A stretch of 64,000 bases of DNA from Cystobasidiomycetes sp. EMM_F5. Lineage: Eukaryota. This document shows positions 1 through 10,963 of this stretch, one piece after another. Under the pieces are notes generated by a model. The model did no database searches. It was not told the DNA's origin and saw nothing but the letters and a program-made list of their open reading frames with translations. Location of the stretch: the NCBI GenBank assembly GCA_051047955.1, contig JBPGPT010000006.1, forward strand, positions 496,001 to 560,000, in the 5' to 3' direction. The translations under genes were made by a program, and so were the position numbers. The number at the start of each line of letters is the position of its first letter. The stretch's first letter is position 1.

Positions 1-1307
1 GTGGTTTCAGATGACCGGAATGAAACAAATTCATGGACAGATGCGGTTGTAAAAGGAGGATGACTGGACGAGCTTTCAATGCTGGATGTTGCTCGAAATA
101 TGACAGGCAGGAAGCATACTGGGCCAGGCCCATCCCCAGTCCATGTATGAAGATCATCGGACGAGTCGCTTCAGTGCCATCGATCTTCCAATTGGGTGGC
201 ATGCGAATAAGGTATTCGAGGCCGCCGTCGTGGACATGCTTGTAGCCGAAGCGTTTGGTGGATGATCGTATAAGTAGATTGAAGAAGCCTGTTACGAGGT
301 ACTTGATGAGCGGTCTCGAGGTAGCGCGCACAGGGTCCAAGTGTAGGCGTATTGATCTGGCGTTACTCCTTCCTTCTGGCGCGGTCATCCCTGCTCGAGT
401 CTCCACCATGTACAGACCGTGATAACAGAATGCCAGCTTGCCGGTCCACAAATCATCCTCATCGCTCTCGTGAAAGATGCTATCAACTTCGGCCAATTGA
501 AGGGGAAGTTTCGGTTTCCCTTCCTTCTTCCACTCCTCTATTATCTCCTCGAGGCTCATGCCATAAAAGCTCCATGCTAGCCATTCGAGAATATTCTGAC
601 GTTTCAACTCTTCCCAAGGAGTTCCCAAAAACCATTGCGAGAATTGGATTCGAAAGTCAATGGCTCGAGGGTCGTCTTTCGTCAAAGGATCGTTCCTCTC
701 CATAAATGACAGTCTACTGAAATTTGCTCGACTGAATGTTGGGCGCCTTTCGCGAATACCGAGACTGCGCGATCTTTGACGCTGAGCTGTTGTGTGCTGC
801 TCAATCGTAGCAGAGTCTTCCATCTTCATGCCGTCCTCAAGCGCGCGTGCCAGAGTCTGCCGCAAGAATGCATGATTGTATCTCGGCAGGTCAACTTTAC
901 GCTGAATCTTCCTGACGAGCCAAGCATAGTAAATGGAGAAGAGGCACTCGATGACAGCGTACGCGAGTATGGACGAATGTAGGATGTGACCGCGCCCAGA
1001 AGCAGGCGGTAATGGCAATGGCAGAGGTATTGTTTTTGCAAACGCCGAAGTGGCGCCGGCCGACCACGCTACGTAGAGCCAGGCAGCTGGCGTTATTCCC
1101 CAGACCAACAGGACAATCTATGGACGCAATGTTAGTTGAAGTTCATCGTCGTTGGGGCTCTTCCGCAGCGCGACTCACACCTCGACAGGCTACTGCACTC
1201 CATGAAAATGTCCCAGCTGGCGGCCCTCCGGAAACGACTACCGTTTCAGCCCCTCGATGCGGCAGATGGGCATGAGCTGCGACTTCTTCCCGCTCTTCCG
1301 CGCCCAT
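1..1307 (-). CDS. Alpha/beta-hydrolase-fold protein with N-terminal hydrophobic segments (3' end outside window)
   Basis: Not in the ORF track because it runs off the edge. Manual translation: MGAEEREE...ACRG | intron ~1118-1178 (GTGAGT..CTAAC..TAG) | IVLLVWGITPAAWLY...NILEWLAWSFY...SIRLHLDPVRATSRPL...RPMIFIHGLGMGLAQY; the 'FIHGLG' segment is typical of alpha/beta hydrolases. Confidence 0.75.
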
Positions 1308-1883
1308 CCCAGATATGTGCTTCCTGCAATGGCGCAGACTGAATCCTGCCGGAAGGATAGCAGCCAACGCTGCAGATCTCGTCGCGGCGACCGTCAAAGT
1401 CATTGAGAAGCGGCAATCCGATGACCATCGACGCACAGCTGGAGAGCAATTCAGGTGCACTCAAGAAAGCCGTCGAATCATACATTTCATCAGTTTTCGC
1501 TACTATCGACAGCGCATGCTGCTTGCTACTCTATCCGGCCTTGCCATTTCTGGCGGCCGCTGAATAAACTACGCCCATTGCAACAGGGTTTGCATTGGCT
1601 AACAAGAGAACATCATCGAGTGCAGATTGCTCACTAGAGCATCCACCTCGGTCTTGGTGTCTACGCCTCGGTGACGGGTTTCCGCAGTCCAGACACGAGA
1701 TGTCATGCTGGAAGCCAAATTGACGGCAGAGACCTCTCCAAGCAGTACTTGGCTTTAGCATATTTGTCCATGTCTCGCTACAAGACATCCGTTGAGAATG
1801 CATGTAGTGGCTCTTTTGTTTGCAGCGTTGCAGCTCTTTTACAGTACATCAGCAAATCAATGACGTTGTGCCCAGCGCCAACC

Positions 1884-3349
1884 ATGGACACTTCTGATGA
1901 CTCCGCCAGCGCGGCAGATGATTCCAAAGATGTAGCATATGCTCGCAATGTCAGTCTGTCGCTGCAATTGCAGGATGCGTGTCGTGCGGGCGACACGACA
2001 AAATGTCAAGATTTGATTCAAAAGGGCGCTGCAGCCTGGTATCAGGATGAGATTGGATGGACGGCACTGCACTACGCGGCAGGTGGGCAGACGTATTCTG
2101 ATTTGGTGTGTCCAGGCTGATTCGGAATTTGCATTGGCGTCCAACAGAGTCTCAGAGCATTGATATAGTGAAATACCTACTCAAGCATGGGGCAACGTGG
2201 AGCATCAGTATGTACTCTCTAATATACGCCTTCAACCTAGGCTGATATTCATGCTTACACAGCTGACCGCTTTGGATTCGTACGGTCATTATTCCGCTAT
2301 GACGGTGTGCGACTGATGTTGTGACTGACATCTTCGTGGTTGCAGACCGCCGGTGACGTTGCATATTCACTGAATGATGACGAAATATATCAGGCAATCA
2401 ATATGGAAGGTGTCCGAGAAGAATTACTCAAGGCCGTTCTCGAGGCTGCAGTCAATGAGGACGCTATGTCGGATGCGGGGTCAACGGACAAATCTGCTCA
2501 CGGAGATTCAGCCGACTCTGGTCATGTCGTGGAACAGCCATCTACTGCCTCCGACAATGTATTCTTGCAAAGTAAATTACGCTTTGAAGGTTCCGGTGCT
2601 GATCTGCGCTGCGTCGATGAGGAGCACAATGGTGTAATGATGGGCTGGGAGACTCCAATCATGGAGGAGACTGCGCGACTGTTGTGTCAAGCGAGGAATC
2701 CTGACGACGATGACCAGGAATTTGCAGTCCTTAATATCGGTTTCGGTCTCGGTATCGTCGACACAATGCTACAGTCGTACAAACCGACTAGGCACGTTAT
2801 CGTAGAGCCGCATCCTGATGTCATTGCTTTTGCAAAAAGCAACGGCTGGTATGACAAGCCTGGCGTGCGCATATTCGAAGGCACCTGGCAACAATACATT
2901 ATAGCATTTGAGCGCGGCGACGAGGAAGCCGAATTCGACGCCATTTACGTGCGTACAGGGTCTCTTCGTGTGAAAGAGATGCTGACCTCCAACGTACAGT
3001 ACGACACCTTTTCGGAGCAGTATGCTGACCATCGTGCATTCTTCGAGCATTTGCCCAATTTATTACGAGATGAAAGTGCATGCTTTTCATTTTTCCACGG
3101 TCTTGGCGCTACAAGTATGTCTCTTTACGAATGCTATACACACGTTGCGGAGATACACCTGCGAGAAATCGGCTTGATCACGGAGTGGCACACCGTCGGG
3201 ATGCTCGACAAGGGCGAGGTAACCTGGGACGGCATTGTTCGTAGGGTGAGTAGCATCGAAATGAAGACATCACCATACTGAGTATCCAGCAACAGTACTG
3301 GAATATACCTTGCGCTTATCGTCTCCCAATCTGCCGCTTGGAGGTCTAG
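1884..3349 (+). CDS. RMT2: Protein arginine N-methyltransferase 2 (ankyrin repeat plus SAM-dependent methyltransferase)
   Basis: GWTALHYAA ankyrin segment; GVMMGWETPIM, VLNIGFGLGIVD, IVEPHPDV, YDTFSE, FSFFHGLGA, YRLPIC; several short introns including a 17-nt microexon. Confidence 0.93.
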
Positions 3350-3518
3350 CTTTCGCCACGCAAACTATCCCCTTTGAAACAGCCGGCAGTGAAGTGCTGT
3401 CCACGTATGGCACAGCATGTTGCACGTCGCAACACCCACCTGAGCAGATCTGAGTCCTGATGGCTCTCTTTCGTCAAGGCGTGCTTTATCTCCCAAAATA
3501 ACCAGTCCATACCATAGT

Positions 3519-5018
3519 ATGGAAGACGCTTCTCACCCTCTTCTGCGTACACAGCATCGAGAGCCAACGAAAATGGATGCGAACTGCATCATTGAGCGTA
3601 TAAGCCGCTACATCCCTGGCCCCGATGACGATGACCTCGAACAGGGATCCGAGTGTGCTGCCAGTGCCGGCTTGGTGGACGAGTGCCAAGAAGACGAGGA
3701 GGATTCTGCGTCAGAAGTTTCGGAAAGCAGTGTCACCATTGAAGATGTGCTGTCTGAATACGAAGATATGCCATACGACTCTGGCCATGAAAGCGACGGC
3801 GCTAGTCTCTTGCAGGCGGATTTGAGCCGATGCAGGCACGCATCTGGGCCTTCATCAGTACTTCACGAACTCATCGCGGATCTGTCGTTTGGCAGCGAAC
3901 ACGACTCCTCAAATGCAAGCGACTGCAGCGACTCCTGGGAAACTATAGAAGATGAGGACAGCGCCGTCTACCACGGTCCATGTGTCAGCATTGGCTCACT
4001 GCACGTAAGCGATGGTAATGCGTTCTGTATCGCCGTAGGTCAAGATGAAGGCGGTCATGTGTTCAACCTCATAACTGGGCAAAATTTACATCAGTCGGAT
4101 AGCCTTTCAATGCACTATGTCACGCCACCCGCTTGGCAGAATGACATGCACGTAAATGGAGCGCGTTGGGTGATGAGCGAGTCTAATGGTTTACAGCTCG
4201 AGAGCTGGACTGCAGAGACTCCATACTTGGACGACGAGGCAGAGCAGGACGACGACATCGTCCCCGTCGCACCCGCTGACTCATTTGAGCCGGCAAGATA
4301 CCATATCTTGACTCTACCTGAAGCCTCTGCTTCCTCAACCGCTGGCATAAGTACCCACTCGCCGCAGCCTTTGCTCATTCAGGCGTGGTCTATTGAAATG
4401 GACACGTCCTCCCTAAGCCCTGTCCACGCTGCTTCAATCGAGATGGCCCAAATGCTAGATGCTGGTGTCTTCAACGACCCTGCATTCTGTATCGAGGAGA
4501 TTCACGAGTTTGAACCTAATCGCTGCTATGACTTGCCGTATTCGATGGCCACGATTTACGAAGAAGACGAAGAAGGTCTTCCTGATAGCGGTACGCTGCC
4601 ACCGCTGGAAGACATCGATGAGTACACCGATGACTGCATCGATGTTGTCCACAATATCGACAGCCACCCTGATGATGAGCAAAATCGCGAGCTCAGCCTG
4701 CCGCCTTCCGCATCTTTAGCTCCTTCTCCTGGACACTCGACCTCAGTCGCGGATGCAATGAGTCTGCTCGATCAACAGATTGACGGCCGAATCGACCAAT
4801 TGATTTACGGACCGCCAGTGGGCTTTGTGTCGGATAAAGAAGCGCTATCGATGGAATTTTTGGATGACTATCCGCTTGAAGCGATGTGCACGTACAAGGG
4901 CAACGTTTATTGTGCATCAAGGCCAGCCAACCAACACGAAAATTGGCTTGTGAACGTAAAGCCTGACTCAACTCACGATCGGATGATGGGTTGCTGGATG
5001 CAGCTAGAAAATGCTTAG
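3519..5018 (+). CDS. Acidic (D/E/S-rich), probably disordered 499-aa hypothetical protein
   Basis: Uninterrupted 1.5-kb ORF with strong D/E/S bias; no recognisable domain. Confidence 0.75.
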   Translation: MEDASHPLLRTQHREPTKMDANCIIERISRYIPGPDDDDLEQGSECAASAGLVDECQEDEEDSASEVSESSVTIEDVLSEYEDMPYDSGHESDGASLLQADLSRCRHASGPSSVLHELIADLSFGSEHDSSNASDCSDSWETIEDEDSAVYHGPCVSIGSLHVSDGNAFCIAVGQDEGGHVFNLITGQNLHQSDSLSMHYVTPPAWQNDMHVNGARWVMSESNGLQLESWTAETPYLDDEAEQDDDIVPVAPADSFEPARYHILTLPEASASSTAGISTHSPQPLLIQAWSIEMDTSSLSPVHAASIEMAQMLDAGVFNDPAFCIEEIHEFEPNRCYDLPYSMATIYEEDEEGLPDSGTLPPLEDIDEYTDDCIDVVHNIDSHPDDEQNRELSLPPSASLAPSPGHSTSVADAMSLLDQQIDGRIDQLIYGPPVGFVSDKEALSMEFLDDYPLEAMCTYKGNVYCASRPANQHENWLVNVKPDSTHDRMMGCWMQLENA

Positions 5019-5509
5019 AGTGCTCGTCCGCACTGTCGTAACTCCCTCAGGTTTTCGCGTTGACGAATTTTGCTGTTATTTCTGTCCCGAACCCGATTCA
5101 AGTCCCCATTCAATTTACTTCCATTGTCTATCTATTTTTTCAGTTGTCACGCCTTCGACCGTGGACACAACATCACTAAGCGCAATTTGGGGTCGCTATC
5201 TCCATTTTCATGTGCTTTACTTGCGACAGCTCATACACACATCACCGCCAACGCTGTTGTCACGCTCTCAAGTACAGTAATTTACCCGTTGTCTTCGCAG
5301 GATCAAAGGAATGGCGGAGTCGCTCCCACAGCAAGACCATGCGCATATTACACGGCTCAGTAAAGGCCTCCGAATTCTCACGTGTTGCTCATCGGTGTCG
5401 ACGCAGCAGCAAACCGCGTCGCTCACGTGGCATGCTCTCCCTCCTGCATCTTGAATTAAGACAGTAAACATTGACGATACCTCGATTCCGAACTATATAG
5501 CCTAGGCAA

Positions 5510-5731
5510 ATGTTCAAGTTCTTGCCATGGCTGCAACAGCGCTCAACAACCATACAAACACCATACCAACGCTTCTATCCAATTGCCGATCCACCACCCA
5601 CTTTCAATCCCGCACATGTTAGTGCGCAGAACATGCTGGGCCTACAAGCGAAGGTATCGTTCTGTCATTTGGCTTGCTGCTACCCGAATCCGGTGAGAAA
5701 CGCGCGCGTCAAAATAAGACCTGCTCTGTGA
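5510..5731 (+). CDS. Small orphan protein, H-x7-G-x7-C-x4-C family member 1 (73 aa)
   Basis: ATG in AAATG context; motif HVSAQNMLGLQAKVSFCHLACC at 5615-5680 shared with three downstream ORFs. Confidence 0.6.
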   Translation: MFKFLPWLQQRSTTIQTPYQRFYPIADPPPTFNPAHVSAQNMLGLQAKVSFCHLACCYPNPVRNARVKIRPAL

Positions 5732-6053
5732 TCTATGGATAAGTGAACATTATGGTCGATCCGAAAGTGTCTCGCCCCTCATCAGTGTGCTCTATCAAAG
5801 TCTCTCATCGCTTCGAACCGTTCTTTCCATCGCATACCGCCTCGAACTTGCCAAGAGATCCCTGTGCTTAGCGTCCTGTGAACATAATCAAAGGAGACTC
5901 AAGGACAGCATAGTGTTCGGCTCATCTCCTCGCAGCCGGAGCACTGCTTTTTGTTCGAATGGTATCCGCAAAACTATCAAACTTAAGCCATCGTCCTTCA
6001 CTCTGTCACTTTCCCTACCTGAACTGTCTGACAGCTTCACCCCTCTGGCCGTT

Positions 6054-6341
6054 ATGTCTTTCTACATTCGTCGCAGTGACAATCTGCAAAATCTCTTATT
6101 AGGCACAGCGCCAATTGCAAACTCGACACCGATAAGCAATCGAAATCAGCGTTCTTTGACACAGACCCCGCTCCGACCCGAAGATACTATCGCAGATCAG
6201 GGGCATCTCGGGGCGCAGAGGCTTTTCGGTAATCAGGGAATAGTACCCAACTGCCGCCGAGCTTGTTGCTTTCCAGTCAAAGGCCAGTTAAACCAAGGCC
6301 GACCGCAATCTAGATCACAAGCGCTTTCACGGCCATTGTAG
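6054..6341 (+). CDS. Small orphan protein, H-x7-G-x7-C-x4-C family member 2 (95 aa)
   Basis: First in-frame ATG within track ORF 5787..6341, after a pyrimidine-rich leader; motif HLGAQRLFGNQGIVPNCRRACC at 6204-6269. Confidence 0.6.
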   Translation: MSFYIRRSDNLQNLLLGTAPIANSTPISNRNQRSLTQTPLRPEDTIADQGHLGAQRLFGNQGIVPNCRRACCFPVKGQLNQGRPQSRSQALSRPL

Positions 6342-6824
6342 CCTTGCAACTTCATTATACTGCGCGGTAGTGCGCATCGTTATCTTTATACTTGACTTTG
6401 ATAATACCATAACCTTTCACTCTCACTCGAACGCGTTGCGCAGAAGGTCTTCTCCTGGGAATACCTCTGTCCAAGCTAGCTGCAGGCGAGTGTAACACCG
6501 AGATGGGCTGGCGCAGAATGCCGGTCCAGCAAGGCTGACGCCTGGTACCGTATTCACCGCCCTGACATCGCTAACACTTTCAGCAGAATCTAACTTGCGC
6601 AGTAAGGGCGCGGGCGCGCGCTCTGCTATAAGATTGAGGCTTTGACATTCTCTCTTTGCCTTCACTTCACTCGGCTTTCGCCTTCACATCCCGCATTACT
6701 CAGACGCAGCTGTTCCCTGAATACATTCACGCATACCGTCAACATATCCTATCGCAACCCTACTCTACGAAATCAATCAAGAGCGCCATCAAACGCGTGA
6801 GTCCAAGGCTCGGTGACCGTGACA

Positions 6825-7145
6825 ATGCGGATACCAGCCAATCGAACGGCGGTCAGACCGTCCCGCCTCGAGCGCTTTACGACAGCGGGTAGACAGGCGC
6901 GAAAGGAAAGAGATGCTCAAAACACCATCGTACACCAGCACAATGCCCGGATTACCGCAAATGGCGATAGCTCTTTCGTGACCGGCTGCAACCGATCCTG
7001 GTGCGCACCCGCTCGAGAAAGAGCAAGAGCTGACCACGAGAAGCGAAGACTGTCTTGGCAGAGAATGGATGCTGCCTCCAACGGCTCACTGAACTCCTTC
7101 GGGAGTTTCAAGTCCCGCCGGGAGCATGTTCAGGACAGCGGCTGA
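6825..7145 (+). CDS. Small orphan protein, H-x7-G-x7-C-x4-C family member 3 (106 aa)
   Basis: First ATG (ACAATG) downstream of a TATAAG near 6626 and a CT-rich leader; motif HNARITANGDSSFVTGCNRSWC at 6939-7004. Confidence 0.6.
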   Translation: MRIPANRTAVRPSRLERFTTAGRQARKERDAQNTIVHQHNARITANGDSSFVTGCNRSWCAPARERARADHEKRRLSWQRMDAASNGSLNSFGSFKSRREHVQDSG

Positions 7146-7700
7146 GCAAATTTTAGCGTCAGTATGCGGATACGGCTTTTGACTCCATTTGATTTGATTT
7201 GAACATAACACGTATAGAAGTCAGCCTCGCGCAGCTACTTCGTCATCCTTCATCTACTTTATGACTGCTGATATTGTACAAACGCCTTCGCGCCAGAACT
7301 GCTGAAAATGCTCATCGTTCCCTACTTTGTGGCACCTTACGATTGTGCAACACTTTGAAAACGAGGCTGACGGGTCCATGCACGCTGAGTGGGCATAGAG
7401 AGCGACTTGAAGAGTTACGCGGGCGAAAGTTGGAGTTCAGCTGAGCTCTTCACCGCTTCGACCGGACTACCGGGGCCGGCTGTCAGCCTAAATGGAAATA
7501 TCAGCTGATCTGTGAAGCTGTTGTTCGACAATAAGGCGATGCTATTTGTCAGCACACCCTTCAGCCGCATTTAGATTGCTCAATTGGTCATCATCTCTCT
7601 CTGCTACTAAAAACCCCACCCCTAGAGCAGCATACGTGGAGACCTCTCTCTCTGACTGCACAATCCGCGCATATCAACATTCTCATCAGCCCGAGTGCGC

Positions 7701-8385
7701 ATGAGTCCGTGGTGGTGGAAGTGGAGCAATACGAAGAGAGTGCCTGCAAATGAACGCAGAAGATCAGACGACGCTGGTGTGCGTACCACGCAAACCTGGA
7801 CTACAGGGGACTCTAGTAAGCTCTCCTAAAGATAGCTCGGGGAGACTGATCAGACGTTACTGACGCGCGCCTCTTGCGTTATTACACCCCACAGAATGGC
7901 AAGCTAGGAGAGATAAATACGAAAGCGCAATGAAGAATGGGGAACGTTCCGCCGCTGAAGAACGCCGGTCAGTACACTTATACGCTCGGTTGTGGTCTTG
8001 ATGATGTACGTGAAGCCTGACGTTGAAACACTTTGATCAATTCCGCGGTATACAAAGACGACAAGCCGCTTTCCAGACTTTGGTAGACCAGTCAGCTCCC
8101 GCAACAGCTGCTGCGCGAAGGGTATCGTCAGATTCACTGGCTTTTCGCGTAGCACTGATGAGATCGCAGACTGCCGCTTCGTCTCAAAGTGGACAGCAGA
8201 TCGATCGCAGGCCAAATCCGAATGCGAAGACCGCTGCCACCCGAGCCGCCGAGAACGCGCTTGCAGAGCAGCAGACGACTATCCAGACGCATCGACGAGA
8301 AATCGAAGTGCTGGGTCCAGCTGCCATCAAGTCTAGCTGCAAATTAGCTTGTTGCGAGGAAGCTAGGAGGCGGCTCTACTCGTGA
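7701..8385 (+). CDS. Small orphan protein, H-x7-G-x7-C-x4-C family member 4 (three exons, about 171 aa)
   Basis: Exons 7701-7815, 7895-7967, 8058-8385 joined by GTAAGC..CTGAC..CAG and GTCAGT..CTGAC..AAG introns give one open frame; motif HRREIEVLGPAAIKSSCKLACC at 8290-8355. Confidence 0.65.
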
Positions 8386-9009
8386 GCTTTAAACCTAGTT
8401 GTGTCGAGAAATCATCATTATTTGCTCTGAGGACGCAGAGAGCAACACTTGCATCCTTTCGAGGTGTTGTCTGCAAATCCCTCACGTGACCCTCTCTTGT
8501 TTTTCTGTGCCTGAGACATGACGAGGGGTAGAAGTTGGGTTGTTTGAATAATGGAGAGCGAAAAGGAGGAGAAAGAGAGAAACAAGGGATGCCTTCTTGA
8601 ATCAACAACACCCAATCTGACCTGTTTATCAACGCACAGACCTCAACAACCCACCCACCCCGCACGGCCCTCGACCGCTCGACTTCGCCGTCCAACCTCG
8701 ATCACATTTTTGACAACCCGCCATCCGAGCTCAGGGGAGCAGTCAAGTCGGGCTTTTGTGCCAGCACCCAATACTCAGGAGACCCACCCACACTCGTTAC
8801 GGAGGACTGCACACCCACACTCGCTCACTCACCGCTGACACTCAGTAACCCCCCCGCCAATCCATTCAACAGCTGCGGCTCACTCCCTCGACATCAAGGG
8901 ATACATTGACACCCGCAAGAGATCCGGTGCTGACTGCATTAGGAGAAATTTGGAGAGAGCAGTCTTGTTGGAGTATCGATAGACCCACTCTCGCGCCATC
9001 CATACCGCC

Positions 9010-10134
9010 ATGAAGTCTGCAACAATCATTGCAATCACCGCCGGCAGTGCAGCTGCAGTCCTGGCAGCAGACTCCCGTGGGTGGATGTGCGACTCGATCC
9101 TGACTTGCAAGCTAATACCCTACTCTGCAGCCTACATTCCCTCTGGCATCAGCAGCAAGTGCACAACCTACCTCACATCCCTCGACACCAATGCCGCCCT
9201 GGCAACTTGCAGCTCGGCCCTCCTCTCCGCCACTGCTCTCTTTGATCCGGCCTCTTCATCCGCACGGTCTGCTACAGACGCTCAGATCAAGTCTTCACTC
9301 TCTTCGCTGTGCAAGGCGCAGTGCGACAGTAGCGTCGTCCAAGCGGCACTCACGTCCTTTTCGAGCGAGTGCGCAGACGAACTGGCAGCTGGAAACGCTG
9401 TAGTAAAGTCAAACTACGACGTCCTCTACCTCCTCTCGCCCTTCACATCAGCAGTATGCACAAAGGACGACTCTGGCAACTATTGCGCTCTCGAGATTGG
9501 CAATGTGCCAGCCTCTTCTTCGTCCTCGTCTTCTGCATCGAGCACTGGATCCGGTTCGCAGCAGTTGCTCGTACAGACCTCCTCATACCAGATCCCGCGA
9601 ATCTCGCTCTCAGATCTCTACGTCTCTGTAGCAGACGCTGCTTCGGCTGCCGTCTCTCGCTTCCGTAAGCGCCAGGCAGTCTCCTCGTCAGTGAGCAGCA
9701 GTAGCAGCAAGCCGGCAACGTCTGCATCTGCGTCTGCATCTTCTGGATCGTCTTCTCCGAGCACCGTCACCTCTTCCAATGCCGTAACGCCGAATGCCAC
9801 AACCTTCCGAAGCGCAGGTCTGCCCTTCCTCCTCATCAACGCAAACATGACTTCTGCTCAACTGTGCACGAGCTGTACAAAATCCATCCTTGCAGCCTAT
9901 GTTTCGTTCGAGACTCAATTCCCCTACGCTTCTGGTTTGTCTTCGAGCCCGATGCTCAAGGACCAAATTACGCTGTGGAACTCCGTAGGTGGAGTTTGTG
10001 GATCGGGTTTCTTGAGCACCATTACAAACCAGGCGGGCGGTGCTGTCAACGCGGCTGGCAAGATTGCGGTAGGAGGCAAACAGGCAGTCGTCGCCCTCGG
10101 TGCGGCCGTCTTGGCGCTTGCTATGGCACTCTAA
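9010..10134 (+). CDS. Secreted Ser/Ala-rich, Cys-containing, putative GPI-anchored cell-surface protein
   Basis: N-terminal signal-like MKSATIIAITAGSAAAVLA; intron ~9078-9130; regularly spaced Cys; Ser tracts; hydrophobic C-terminus AVVALGAAVLALAMAL. Confidence 0.85.
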   Translation: MKSATIIAITAGSAAAVLAADSRGWMCDSILTCKLIPYSAAYIPSGISSKCTTYLTSLDTNAALATCSSALLSATALFDPASSSARSATDAQIKSSLSSLCKAQCDSSVVQAALTSFSSECADELAAGNAVVKSNYDVLYLLSPFTSAVCTKDDSGNYCALEIGNVPASSSSSSSASSTGSGSQQLLVQTSSYQIPRISLSDLYVSVADAASAAVSRFRKRQAVSSSVSSSSSKPATSASASASSGSSSPSTVTSSNAVTPNATTFRSAGLPFLLINANMTSAQLCTSCTKSILAAYVSFETQFPYASGLSSSPMLKDQITLWNSVGGVCGSGFLSTITNQAGGAVNAAGKIAVGGKQAVVALGAAVLALAMAL

Positions 10135-10963
10135 GCGCCGTCGCTGCGAAGGTTGTGGGAAGATCTTCATTTTCGATGAGTGTTCTAGTCTCTGTTCAAC
10201 CTCGACCGACGATATCGCCGACGGCATTACATTTCAACACGATTAATTCAGCAAGACTACGTTACTGCTTCAACTGGCCATCAGATTCGACCTGCTACGT
10301 TCATGGACACTTCTGCAAAACATCGCCCAATCTGGTCAAGTACAAGTCAGCCCTTTTGCTGTTTTACTTCGTGTTTCATCTCCATTCCACCCCTCCTACT
10401 CCTCCCCTTGTTGCCTCTATAGGTACTCAGCAAAGAGACGGCCAACCTCCATCATTTTATATGCCTTTCTCAGTGATCTACGTGTATCAGTATAAAAAGC
10501 ATTTCACCGTTTGTTTTCACTTTGCATTTTCTATCGTATGCGGCCTAGAGTCGACGAAAGACTCACCAATCTCGTTGTATGGAAAAGAGGCAAAGAGGGC
10601 CTGCAAATTTCAGTATCCTTTTCTCATTGGCCTTCGTTTCCTTGTGTTTTCAAACTTGAAAGATTACTGTGAAATTATGATTATTATTGTTTGTCTCCAT
10701 TTGCGGCGTCCTGTTCGATGTACGTTGGAGTGTTGCGGACGCTGAAGACCGTGCGATGAGGGAATCGTCAAGCACCATGTACTACTTGATCCGGTGACAC
10801 GGCCATCGTATCGTCTATGAATGCCCGCTTAGAAGGTCGTCGTCGTCCTTCAGAGCTCTACGAGCTGCACTCACATGCGAAGCCAAATACTACATATCCC
10901 GATTCGATAATACATCAAGAAGCAGGTATTCCCGACTTTGATACGCAAGGTAAAGACTCCATC

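Noticed and set aside
5311..5454. Short ORF MAESLPQQDHAHITRLSKGLRILTCC as a fifth member of the motif family
   Set aside because: It has H, G and CC but the spacing does not fit H-x7-G-x7-C-x4-C; cannot be supported.
5700..6798. ACGCGT/ACGCGC MCB-like sites near the small-gene array (5700, 6431, 6793)
   Set aside because: A 6-mer is expected roughly once per few kb at this composition; not distinguishable from chance.
9864..10745. 293-aa ORF in the track
   Set aside because: Out-of-frame overlap with the GPI-protein gene and its T-rich 3' region; non-ATG start and no protein-like features.
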